DNA from: a virus
Taxonomy: Duplodnaviria; Caudoviricetes
Strand: one strand, 5' to 3'
DNA length: 58,346 nucleotides
IMG/VR virus record: IMGVR_UViG_3300020477_000025
Span: 1 to 58,346 of that record
In this document: one piece after another, positions 1 to 10,009 of the stretch
Position numbering within the stretch: the stretch's first letter is position 1
Layout: every line of letters starts with the position of its first letter
The notes under the pieces: generated by a model
The model's database searches: none
What the model was told of the DNA's origin: nothing
The model's input: the letters and a program-made list of their open reading frames with translations, nothing else
Translations under genes and position numbers: made by a program

Positions 1-2
1 GG

Positions 3-3000
3 ATGAGGGTTGGTGACTGGCCCGGTTCACCACACAGTCGAGCAGTTATTTTTGATTTGAGAGATGACGAGGGTCTCGCACAACTGGTCATTGGAACAAA
101 TCAAACATCTGGGGATGATGACATTCGTTATAGCTTGTGGTTAGGTAATGGCGGCGGCTCATGGTCTGCTAAACTTGACAAGGGGTTGACGACGGGCGTA
201 GAGACTTCTGCAGAACAAGACACTGACGATGGCAAGTGGCATCACTATGCAATTGTACAGTCATCAGCATCTTCCGGGTTTAATATTAAGCTTTATGTTG
301 ACGGCCAAAAAACTGATGAGTTTAACACGCAGGCTTTGACAGATTATGCCGGTGCCGTACCATTTCCCTCTCACATAACGGGCACCCTACAGGGAACAAT
401 CGGCGCTCTAGGTGGTGAAGCCGGCACCAATGCCGGCCTAGGCTGGGGTAAGTTTTCTGGTTCAATTGATGAATTTAGATTTTGGAAAGTTGCAAGAACT
501 CATGAAGAAATAGGAAGAAACTACATTGCTCCGGTCGGCGGCGGCTTGGTATCTTCTTCTGTGAATAAAGATTTGGGGGTTTATTTTAAGTTTAACGAAG
601 GCATACTTGGCAATACAACAGATGCGACAGTTTTAGATTATTCCGGAAGAGGTTGTAATGGCACATGGACTGGCTATGATCCCGGCATAACAATTGCATA
701 TAGTGGTTCTACAGGAATGCGCACCACTGAGTCAGCAATGGTCGAAGCCGGCGCAGTGGACAGGGAAGAAGAAGACCCCATTATTTATTCTACCCATTCA
801 GCTATACAAGAATTGTTAACAGAAAAGCAGACTTCCGGCTCTCAATACGATCTCACAAATAACGCTAGTTTATACAATTCTATCCCTAAGTGGATTTTAG
901 AAGAGGATGAAAAGGGCGAAGATTTGAAACAGCTTCTTCAAATTATGGGAAGTTATTTAGATACGTTATATGGTCAAGTTGGCGAACTGGTAAAAATGAG
1001 AGAGCCGTCATACGCGATATCTGGAAGCTCTCCATATCCGTTTACGGGCAAACTTTTGAATTCTATGGGATTTGAGGTACCAGAAGTTTTCGTCGGCGCT
1101 GATGTCTTGGAAGCTGTCTTTTCCAGAGATGAAAAGCGCGTTTACGAGGACAAGCTTTTTAAAGTAAAACATTTAATTTATAGAAACATTTATAACAATC
1201 TTTCTTATATTAATAAATCAAAAGGAACAGAAAAGGCTTTTAGAAATTTATTTAGATGTTTTGGTGTAGACGATGAGTTGGTCAACTTAAACACATATAG
1301 TGATAATCAAACGCTAACCTTCGAAGATAACTATAATATTACTTATACAAAAAGAAAAGCCATAGATTTTTCGGGTATTAGTGGTTCGAACCGATCGGCG
1401 ACTATTTTTCAATATCCGCTCACCGATTCTGACTTTGGGTATTTATCGTCTTCAGATAATCCACATACGCCGTTAACAGTTGAGGCGGAAATCATATTTC
1501 CTAAATTTGACCACCTATCTCACTCTCTCGGCAGTACTTTGTTGACATCATCTCTTTTTGGTTGTCACACTGCAAAAGCAGCACATGCCACCACAACTTA
1601 TGGCAACACCACTACAGACTTTGATGTCGCTGCATATGCAATTCGCGTTTCAGAAAACTCTGACGAGGTTTATTTCAGACTTACCTCTTCAAAGATGGGA
1701 TTTGACTTAACATCTTCAGTGTTTCCGACTTCTGGTAGCTCGCAGGGCCATAAAGTTTATGATAATTCTAAGTGGAATTTTGCTTTCCGTGTAAAACCAG
1801 AAGAGTATCCATGGTCAGAAGATATTACATCATCTCAAAGAAGAACTGTGGGATTTTATGGTGTCCAATCAGTGGGTGGAAGGGTAATAAGCGAGTTTGA
1901 TGTATCGAAATCTATCGACGTTGATAAACCCGATGGTGCCCAAGAGGGCCGCGGCATTGGTCATTGGATTACAGGATCAAATAAGAGATTTTATATTGGA
2001 GCAGAAAGAACCAATTGGAACGGGGCCCTTGTTAACCAATCTGATGTTCGTTTTTTGAATTTTTCTGTGTGGGCAGATTATTTGACTAATAACGAAATTA
2101 AATATCACGCCAGAGATCCAGATAATTATGGTCGAACTAACCCTTTTCAAAATACATTTCTTTTCGAAACTGGTAGTACAAATGCCGCTGTCGGCGGCGC
2201 CGGCTGGGGAGGCCATGGCATACCCGATGTTTATGTTCCACGAATTGATACATTAGCATTTCGTTGGGATTTTGAACATATCACCGGCAGCGAAGGTGTT
2301 AATATTAAGGTTTTTGATGTAGCGTCGGGATCGGCCAGTTTCCAGCGTGGATTGCGCACTGGATCGCCATTTTGGACAGGTTCTCAGGTGGTACCCAAAG
2401 ACGCGTATGGAAACGATAATTATCGTGACTTGGTGAGGGCAAACCATACGGCAACTGGTACATTTTTTGAGGCCGGATCCGAGCCATATTCTTTAGAATT
2501 TGTCCCCACCGCTAGGCAGGGCATACCAGAACAAGTACAAAGTTCTGATATGATTAGTATTTTAACGCGAGACACTGAAGTTTTTGCAAGAGATATTAGG
2601 CCGACCAAAAACTTTTTTGCAGTTGAAATGAGCATGTATCAAATCATTTCGAAAAATATGCTCAATTTCTTTGCTTCGATTGATGATTTCAATAATTTAA
2701 TCGGCGAGCCGGTCAATATCTATAGAGGGAGATATAAGGAACTTGAAAAGCTAAGAAACTTATTTTATGAAAGAGTGCAAAATCAGCCTGATGTAGATAG
2801 GTTTGTAAATTTATATAAGTGGATTGATGCGGCTCTAGATTCTGTTTTGATTAATTTAATCCCCGCTTCTGCTGCAGTTGCGGACAAGGCTCGCTCAATT
2901 GTTGAAAGCCACGTATTAGAACGACACAAGTATAGGCACATATTCCCTGACTTAACTACAGTAGCAAAGCACGGAAATATTACGGCATTAGAAAAACCTA

Positions 3001-6000
3001 AAAAAGGTTCCGGCGCTGACCCGGAAACAAAAAATAGTGTAGCCTCTGCATACCAAGTACAAGGAAGAGAAAACCTTATTGGTGTTTCTATACAGAGTGG
3101 CAAGGGCGCTACCGGCAGCCCGATTGTACCGTTTAATAGAAGATCGCCCTCTGTAATGATCGACGGCGCTGGCGATTTTAATTTTGATGAAGAGAAAAGT
3201 CCATATTGGTGGAAACATCGCGCAGAAAAGGATAGGGAGCCTTTTTATTCTTCTGATGAGGCGGTGGCCGCCGGTACTAGACATCAACTACATCACAACA
3301 TGGAAAGTTCTTCCGTTAATAGAGCATCAAACGTTGCGAATTTCCTCGCAGACTTTAATTCTAATGCCCCTTCGTCTAAAATTACATCAGTTAAAAAACC
3401 ACACAGAGCCAGTTCTTATATAAACACATTTAGAGAGGCGACAGACGCCCAAGATGGCTTATTTGCTGCATTCGCAACTGGAAGTGGGACAAACAAAAAG
3501 GCCGGCCTCTTGCCCTTGCAGGTATTGGATGCCCCCGCTGACGAACTTAAAAATGCTAGAATTAAGCCTATGATAGTTTATGCCCGGGCCAATTCACAAG
3601 ATAGGGGCGGCCAAGAAAGGCTGCCATTTACGGTTGCCAGTTCTGCCGTCGACGATGGGTATGCCTCTCAGTTAAACAAGGGTTCTGCCGCCTCTCAATG
3701 GACCAGAACTTCTATTGAAGATTCACATAAAGATATTTATGGGCCGCATTATGAAGTTCCAATGCAAGGTCCGTTTACTGAAGAAAATGTTGGTGGTCAT
3801 TTATATCGACATAACAATTTGTTTATTACAGCTTCGTCTATCCCCCGGGGCAAATCTAGAACAGAGGGTTATCACATTACGATAACACCAGCAAAAAATT
3901 CTCTTATTGTTACCAATCCTAGAAGTTTTGAAGGAGAATATGATTCAATTTATGCATGGGGTGCAAGGTTTAAGGGGGCAAAGCGACCTGTAAACATTCA
4001 AAATCTCTCTTCTTCTGGTTATGCTGTTAACGACACAAGCGTTGCCGGTACCGGCCCTGCGCGAACAAATTTTGGTTCAGCGATTAATTCGAATTACAAT
4101 AAGGGTTATGAGGTTATTTCAATTAATGATGCGGCCGTTAATAATAGATATTTTGTTAAAAACCTAGGCGCTAGCGCAGTCGAAACATCTTATGGTGGGT
4201 TTGGTCAGTTTTGGTGGATACCAGATACAAAAAGCTTTTCACCTGCCGAGGTCGTAAGAGGAAGAAACAGAATAACTGATTTCACCAAATTAGATAGAAC
4301 TAATACCGGCAGTAATTCTCACGTTTTTGTTTCGAAATTTTCAGCACCGGGTAGCTATGCCGATCAGGGCGCTGGATTTACTGATATTGAATCTGGTCAA
4401 TATTCGCCATATAATGCGTTACCATATAGAAATCTAACGATTAGGAGAGCATTAAATAAACTCTGGGCCCGGACCACCTCTGTCCGTGGCACAGATAGTT
4501 TGTTTGGAGAAGAGTACGCCAATTTCCACAAAATACAAAGAAATGATGGTGTGAGAATTACTGGCTCTGAAACCGATCCATTGAGAAGAAAAATTGACAG
4601 AGACAATTATTGGGTTTCCCGGGCAATACCAAAAAATGATTTAGGCTACTCTTGGATTGAAAAATCTTGGATTGGCCATGTAAATTCAGATTTAACTGTT
4701 TCATCAACGCTGGGTAATGTTTCTCATATAACTTCCAGCGATTATGCAGTGTTACTTGGATTTTCTTCTTCAATAGATACAATTACGTTTGTTTCATGTT
4801 CTGAACTTGGAACCACTTATGATGGGGCCCCCGCGCAGGCCAATCTCAGCGTCGGCGCACAGATAGGTAGAGCCACAACAGTTCCGGATAAGAATGAACT
4901 ATTCACGCCGGTAGATTTTGCTGGAATGAATACAATCATTGTTGATCCAATAACTGCTAGCTTTGCAATGCTGGGTGGCGAATGGGCTTTGCCGTATTTA
5001 CAACAAGCTCATGATTTTTATGCAACCGGCAGCGAAAATATTTTGGGATTCCCGTCATCGTCGTTACTTGGCGAAGACGGCGCTCTTGCTTATCTTAATA
5101 TGACCTTCGGTGGGGCCTTAAGGCTTGGATCCGGAGTGGCCAATACTGTTGATAGTGAAGTTGGTGGTTCACAAGTACATATCCTTAACATGCTGTTGGC
5201 CCACAGAGGTAACATTCATGGTTATCCAACGTGGAAACAACTCAGAGTCGGCCAGCACCCAATCGCACGTTGGCACAAAAAGAACAATATTTACCAGAAT
5301 GTTAAAAGGATTTATAGTAGTCAATACAACAATTATATAAATCTCCCCTATCAGATTGTCCAAAGCCCGGTCACTTCAAAACACAAACCAGTGATACAGG
5401 GGTATGACGATTTTTCTATAAAATATGATTTTGGTAATAATTTTCATTATTTTGGACAAACATACATTTCATCTTCGAACAAAATAGTTTTTAATAGAAA
5501 AGAATGGGATATCTATCCAAATTATGAAAAATCCTTCTTGCAGGCACAGAGTGGCTCTGAGTGGAAAATTATAAAATATGGCGAAACTGTATTTCCTAAA
5601 GATGAAAACGCATATAGTATTCGCGCCCGCCGTCCAGCCGTGTTTGAGTTCGGTTGGCGAGATGATATTATAGAACGAATCGGCAATAACCTAGGCGACC
5701 CATCAACGCTATATGGATGGCTCAATGGCGCTGGTATGAGGAACAGTCAAAAAATGGCAGTTGGCTTAAATAAATCCGGGGCCAGTGTCGTAGAATCGTG
5801 GCTGTCAGCGTGGCCAATGGACGCATATACAGAATCTTTGGGGTCTGATTCGACAAAATACGAGCGATCAGGTGAGTTGATGCGAACAGATACTGTCGAT
5901 TTTGCTGATATACAAAAACACTATGCCATGCCTGACAGCGCCAGTGCTAAATTTGGAAAATTTTATTATCATTGTAAGCCTTCAAATCTAGTTCATTTAC

Positions 6001-8477
6001 AGGCCGGCCGCGGCCCCTTTGATGATAGTTATGCAAAGTATGTGGCTGATTTAAAACTTGTTGGGCAGTCCTACTCTATACTGCCAGATTTTACTATTAC
6101 CCCACACTTGCGAGTGGTAATGAATGATGCCAATTCTGATTTTTATGCAGAGCACTTATATTCTTATGAAATTTCCGGAAGTGGACATATACCCGGCTCA
6201 GATGTTACTGCAGATGAGATCGGCCCCCCGACGCCTTCCAATCTTGGTGTGACATCTTCTATTAGAAAACACTTTTTAGAAACTTATAGCCACAGCGACT
6301 TTATGCAAAATTTAGAGCCAGTACGCAATTTGTATGGAGAACCAACAGAAATATCTATAACATTTTCAGCGGTCAAAAAGTTTTTACCACAAAAAGGATT
6401 TTACCCTGTACAAAGAACTCTACAATTAGCAACAGAATTTTCTAAATCATATGGAGATGTTAATCCGGCAAATGCCATTCCATATCCTACTGAATTCTCT
6501 GATGTTAATGCTAGTAATGCAATTTTTACCTCTAGTAATCCGGGCAAAACGGGCACTTGGAAAACGCTGCTTGAGCCATTTTATGCTCCCGGCATTATGT
6601 ATAACACCATTAAGGCGGGAGTGGCTGTAGATTATCCAATTGTTGATCAGAAAGCAATGGACAGTGGGGAATTTACAAGAACAACTGGCTCGGCCGGCGC
6701 ACCCGCTACAACTCATGGTCCTAATCCGTCAATGCACTGCTCCGCGTCGTATTATTCCAGAATGCCATTTGAAGCAATTATAGAGCCGGCCTTTTATGGC
6801 CGAAAAGTCGCTGGATCATCGAGTTTTGCCGCGAATCCAGCAAATGCTCCGCATTCGGCAGATTATGCGCTCAATGCGAATCTTCGTTTATATGATATGG
6901 ATCCGGAGATTGTTATTGATAGTACAGCATCGCTACAAAACACTGATGGCGTTTATGAGCGCCATGCACACAACTTTTTTGCGGAGGTGCCAAGGTTCTT
7001 TTTAGAAGATGGTGTTACGACGGTAAGATCTAAACCACAGGATGAGTGGCTCTTCAAGGGGCCTTTGACATCATCTACTGGAGGTATCAGGCAATTTTCA
7101 ATGGATATTCGCGTTAAAAAACCTAAAGACTTTTTTACACACCAAGCTTCAAGTTATTTTGGCCACTATCCGTATTTTCATCATACGCCTTCGTGGTACG
7201 GATCATCCCCTATTGCGACTTGCACTAGTGCCGTGCTACCCTGTAGGGGACATGCTCTATCCGGCACTTATGCGCATCGATACAATGAAGCTTTTGTGAG
7301 GATTAAATTTGATCCAACAAAGATAGCGAACGAAGATCCTGTTAAATTTAATAGTGGCAAATTTAGTTTATCGGACATTATAGCTCATAGCACCACCGAA
7401 TTTAATAATCTTGCTTGGTCTCAAGCAGCCGCATCCGGCGACATGATAACTCCGGGCATGCATATGACTGCCAGCATTGATATTTTTAATCAGACTGGCG
7501 ACGGCGCGTGGGTGATTAACACAAAATTTGAAACGCCGATTTTTAATTTCTTTAATGTTTCAACAGGTAGTAATGCTCTCGGCTCGCTCGCGGAAGGCGG
7601 CGTGTACAAGGGCATTTGGCATCAGTACGCCCCTCTTGTGACAGGAAGTGAAGGCTTATTCTTATCAGTCCAAGATGCTCCAACCAAGCTAGATGTTGAT
7701 GCATCGGGCTCCTTGGCTGAAGCTTGTGGCTTCACTACGGGAGAGAAAAGGATAGGGAGAGTTGCCAATGAGAAAGTCATAAACGAAGCAGTCGTTGCCA
7801 TTCCATTTTATACTGATGATAAAACCAAGGAGGAGAAATTCTTTAAAATACCAGTTGCGATGTTTGAAGATAGTTATAAAAGAGTTGTTTCCGGTTCAAG
7901 CAATACATCGATCGATGACATGGTTTATAAACAATACCAGAACAAATACGTATTTCCTCCTAAATATGACTTTGTAAGAATAAGGGCAAAAAAGAATGCT
8001 CCCCTTACCAAACCAGTCGATTTTTCGCCGGCCATGGCTCCATTTACCATGTATGTGTTTGAATTTTCTCAAAAATTTAACAAACAGGACTTGGCAGATA
8101 TTTGGCAGAATGTAATGCCAAAAAGCGGGTTAGATGTCAAAAAAGAGGACGTTTTGCTTAAACACCCAACGACGGAAGGCGAATTCTTCAGCAAGGCAAT
8201 ACTGGGATATAATGATCTTGAAAGAATCCCCTCAGATATGAGGTGGAAATTATTTAAGATTAAACAAAGGGCAAACAATAATTATTACGAGTCTATGAAA
8301 ACTTATATTTCTGGAAGCTCACACACCGGGCATGAACATCATTATGATTTTTCCGCCAATTGGCCATATGATTTTATGACGTTTGTTAATTTGGGCAAAA
8401 TGGATGTTGAGTTTGGGTTTGAAAAACAAGTTCAAACATCTTCACAATTTCAAAATGGATTTACAGGTAGCTATTAA
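3..8477 (+). CDS. Giant virion structural protein (baseplate wedge/fibre-like) with LamG/concanavalin-A-like domains; probably 5'-truncated by the window edge
   Basis: 2824-aa ORF open from the window start. LamG signatures DGKWHHYAIV...LYVDG...FSGSIDEFRFW; baseplate-wedge-like segment NNLSYINKSKGTEKAFRNLFRCFG; a second LamG-like region near aa 490-710; Ser/Gly/Thr-rich. Confidence 0.7.
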   Translation: MRVGDWPGSPHSRAVIFDLRDDEGLAQLVIGTNQTSGDDDIRYSLWLGNGGGSWSAKLDKGLTTGVETSAEQDTDDGKWHHYAIVQSSASSGFNIKLYVDGQKTDEFNTQALTDYAGAVPFPSHITGTLQGTIGALGGEAGTNAGLGWGKFSGSIDEFRFWKVARTHEEIGRNYIAPVGGGLVSSSVNKDLGVYFKFNEGILGNTTDATVLDYSGRGCNGTWTGYDPGITIAYSGSTGMRTTESAMVEAGAVDREEEDPIIYSTHSAIQELLTEKQTSGSQYDLTNNASLYNSIPKWILEEDEKGEDLKQLLQIMGSYLDTLYGQVGELVKMREPSYAISGSSPYPFTGKLLNSMGFEVPEVFVGADVLEAVFSRDEKRVYEDKLFKVKHLIYRNIYNNLSYINKSKGTEKAFRNLFRCFGVDDELVNLNTYSDNQTLTFEDNYNITYTKRKAIDFSGISGSNRSATIFQYPLTDSDFGYLSSSDNPHTPLTVEAEIIFPKFDHLSHSLGSTLLTSSLFGCHTAKAAHATTTYGNTTTDFDVAAYAIRVSENSDEVYFRLTSSKMGFDLTSSVFPTSGSSQGHKVYDNSKWNFAFRVKPEEYPWSEDITSSQRRTVGFYGVQSVGGRVISEFDVSKSIDVDKPDGAQEGRGIGHWITGSNKRFYIGAERTNWNGALVNQSDVRFLNFSVWADYLTNNEIKYHARDPDNYGRTNPFQNTFLFETGSTNAAVGGAGWGGHGIPDVYVPRIDTLAFRWDFEHITGSEGVNIKVFDVASGSASFQRGLRTGSPFWTGSQVVPKDAYGNDNYRDLVRANHTATGTFFEAGSEPYSLEFVPTARQGIPEQVQSSDMISILTRDTEVFARDIRPTKNFFAVEMSMYQIISKNMLNFFASIDDFNNLIGEPVNIYRGRYKELEKLRNLFYERVQNQPDVDRFVNLYKWIDAALDSVLINLIPASAAVADKARSIVESHVLERHKYRHIFPDLTTVAKHGNITALEKPKKGSGADPETKNSVASAYQVQGRENLIGVSIQSGKGATGSPIVPFNRRSPSVMIDGAGDFNFDEEKSPYWWKHRAEKDREPFYSSDEAVAAGTRHQLHHNMESSSVNRASNVANFLADFNSNAPSSKITSVKKPHRASSYINTFREATDAQDGLFAAFATGSGTNKKAGLLPLQVLDAPADELKNARIKPMIVYARANSQDRGGQERLPFTVASSAVDDGYASQLNKGSAASQWTRTSIEDSHKDIYGPHYEVPMQGPFTEENVGGHLYRHNNLFITASSIPRGKSRTEGYHITITPAKNSLIVTNPRSFEGEYDSIYAWGARFKGAKRPVNIQNLSSSGYAVNDTSVAGTGPARTNFGSAINSNYNKGYEVISINDAAVNNRYFVKNLGASAVETSYGGFGQFWWIPDTKSFSPAEVVRGRNRITDFTKLDRTNTGSNSHVFVSKFSAPGSYADQGAGFTDIESGQYSPYNALPYRNLTIRRALNKLWARTTSVRGTDSLFGEEYANFHKIQRNDGVRITGSETDPLRRKIDRDNYWVSRAIPKNDLGYSWIEKSWIGHVNSDLTVSSTLGNVSHITSSDYAVLLGFSSSIDTITFVSCSELGTTYDGAPAQANLSVGAQIGRATTVPDKNELFTPVDFAGMNTIIVDPITASFAMLGGEWALPYLQQAHDFYATGSENILGFPSSSLLGEDGALAYLNMTFGGALRLGSGVANTVDSEVGGSQVHILNMLLAHRGNIHGYPTWKQLRVGQHPIARWHKKNNIYQNVKRIYSSQYNNYINLPYQIVQSPVTSKHKPVIQGYDDFSIKYDFGNNFHYFGQTYISSSNKIVFNRKEWDIYPNYEKSFLQAQSGSEWKIIKYGETVFPKDENAYSIRARRPAVFEFGWRDDIIERIGNNLGDPSTLYGWLNGAGMRNSQKMAVGLNKSGASVVESWLSAWPMDAYTESLGSDSTKYERSGELMRTDTVDFADIQKHYAMPDSASAKFGKFYYHCKPSNLVHLQAGRGPFDDSYAKYVADLKLVGQSYSILPDFTITPHLRVVMNDANSDFYAEHLYSYEISGSGHIPGSDVTADEIGPPTPSNLGVTSSIRKHFLETYSHSDFMQNLEPVRNLYGEPTEISITFSAVKKFLPQKGFYPVQRTLQLATEFSKSYGDVNPANAIPYPTEFSDVNASNAIFTSSNPGKTGTWKTLLEPFYAPGIMYNTIKAGVAVDYPIVDQKAMDSGEFTRTTGSAGAPATTHGPNPSMHCSASYYSRMPFEAIIEPAFYGRKVAGSSSFAANPANAPHSADYALNANLRLYDMDPEIVIDSTASLQNTDGVYERHAHNFFAEVPRFFLEDGVTTVRSKPQDEWLFKGPLTSSTGGIRQFSMDIRVKKPKDFFTHQASSYFGHYPYFHHTPSWYGSSPIATCTSAVLPCRGHALSGTYAHRYNEAFVRIKFDPTKIANEDPVKFNSGKFSLSDIIAHSTTEFNNLAWSQAAASGDMITPGMHMTASIDIFNQTGDGAWVINTKFETPIFNFFNVSTGSNALGSLAEGGVYKGIWHQYAPLVTGSEGLFLSVQDAPTKLDVDASGSLAEACGFTTGEKRIGRVANEKVINEAVVAIPFYTDDKTKEEKFFKIPVAMFEDSYKRVVSGSSNTSIDDMVYKQYQNKYVFPPKYDFVRIRAKKNAPLTKPVDFSPAMAPFTMYVFEFSQKFNKQDLADIWQNVMPKSGLDVKKEDVLLKHPTTEGEFFSKAILGYNDLERIPSDMRWKLFKIKQRANNNYYESMKTYISGSSHTGHEHHYDFSANWPYDFMTFVNLGKMDVEFGFEKQVQTSSQFQNGFTGSY

Positions 8478-9988
8478 TGGAATTTTTTAATAAAAAAGAA
8501 GACGTTATGGATATTGTCTTGACTCGCGAAGGTCGAGAGCATTACGCCTCTGGTACGTTTAATCCGACTTATTATGCTTTTTATGACGACGAAATAATAT
8601 ATGACATACAGTATGTTTCTGGTGCGAGCAATGCTGGCGAACAACAAGAGCCTCAAAATAATATTGGCCGCCGAGCACGAGACAGCATAACTTTAAAAAA
8701 TCAGACCGGCTGGGCTGAAGCAAAAAGGACTAGTATAAAGGAAAGAATTGAAGAACCATTTTTTAAAACATTGGGAAGATCATCACCAATAGACGAAAAT
8801 GCTCCTGCTTGGGAAATTAACGTTGTCGATCGCCGCGGCTATATTTCAGGCTCGGTGGAATATATTCCATTGGAACTTAGTGGCAGCGGCAAATGCAAAC
8901 AGTGCGCCGGCAGTTGCTGCAAGGGTACGAGCAAGTCTCCATATACAGATATAACGTTAACGAATAAAGAGGCAATAAGGAAATATAACAAAGAAAAAAT
9001 TCCACAATTGAATGTCTTTTGTGACTATGATGTTAGAATTATTGACACTATTGATTGGTTGGCCACCGGCGAAGAAAGAACAAAATTATTAAGCTTATAC
9101 GAAAAGTGGCAGAAACAGAGTGACGCCGTTGCTGGCCATGAATACATTCAATATGTACAAGACATGAGACAAAAATATGGTGGAGAAGTTTCCCTATTGT
9201 TGAGGAAATCAACAGAAGATATTCTTTTAGATTTTACTGAACATAATGTAGAAGATACTGATTTTACATTGGAAGTTTATGAATATGTTTATGACGGTCT
9301 AAATAACGTAAGAGAACTAAAACAATTAAACTTTTCAGATGAAGAACATGGTCCAGATTTTGTTGAGTATTATTTCGATTTAACAACAGATAAAGAAACA
9401 GAAATTGATTTAAATATTAAATATGTTCAGGAATCTTTGGAACTAGAAGAGGAGCCACTCCCCTGTCCACCAGCCTCGTCGAAATTTAATATTCCAAAGA
9501 CTGTTACTGCGGGCTCTGCCGCCGGCGCCGATGCACCCGCAGCGCAACCCACTGGCTTTTTTCCTCCCAGTACTGGAAAAAGCCAATTGGGCGATGGTTG
9601 CACTACCAGCGATCAGTGTGAAAGTGGAAAGTGTCAAGATGGATATTGTGTGCCAAATATGCCCGACGACGTTGTACAAGCAACCGGCGGCCCGGGCGCG
9701 AAAAAGGGTGATCAAAACCATGGCACTCCGTGCATTTTTGATCAAGACTGCAAATCAGGTAAGTGCAGAGGCAAAACTTGCCGCGCCCAAGAAGCAGGCG
9801 CCGCCGGCCCGAAACAAGGCCCGGGCGCGAAGAAGGGTGACGTTGGGATTAGTCCTTTCCCCATGGGCGCAAATGAGTGTATTTATGATGAAGATTGTGA
9901 CAAAAGTAAATGTATCGGCCTAGGCATCGAGTGTCGAAAGAAGAGTTCAAATGATCAGAAAGGAACATGCCAGTGTAAGAAGACTTGA
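8477..9988 (+). CDS. Virion structural protein (baseplate-associated N-terminal domain) with C-terminal Cys-rich repeats
   Basis: TAATG overlap with the upstream gene. N-terminus DIVLTREGRE...YAFYDDEIIY parallels ORF 17632. C-terminus has three C-x5-C-x4-C modules. Confidence 0.6.
   Translation: MEFFNKKEDVMDIVLTREGREHYASGTFNPTYYAFYDDEIIYDIQYVSGASNAGEQQEPQNNIGRRARDSITLKNQTGWAEAKRTSIKERIEEPFFKTLGRSSPIDENAPAWEINVVDRRGYISGSVEYIPLELSGSGKCKQCAGSCCKGTSKSPYTDITLTNKEAIRKYNKEKIPQLNVFCDYDVRIIDTIDWLATGEERTKLLSLYEKWQKQSDAVAGHEYIQYVQDMRQKYGGEVSLLLRKSTEDILLDFTEHNVEDTDFTLEVYEYVYDGLNNVRELKQLNFSDEEHGPDFVEYYFDLTTDKETEIDLNIKYVQESLELEEEPLPCPPASSKFNIPKTVTAGSAAGADAPAAQPTGFFPPSTGKSQLGDGCTTSDQCESGKCQDGYCVPNMPDDVVQATGGPGAKKGDQNHGTPCIFDQDCKSGKCRGKTCRAQEAGAAGPKQGPGAKKGDVGISPFPMGANECIYDEDCDKSKCIGLGIECRKKSSNDQKGTCQCKKT
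9689..9840 (+). repeat. Imperfect 23-bp direct repeat (GGCCCGGGCGCGAA[A/G]AAGGGTGA) encoding GPGAKKGD linkers before Cys modules
   Basis: Copies at 9689-9711 and 9818-9840 are identical at 22 of 23 positions. Confidence 0.85.
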
Positions 9989-10009
9989 GATTGAGGAACA
10001 GCAATAAAG

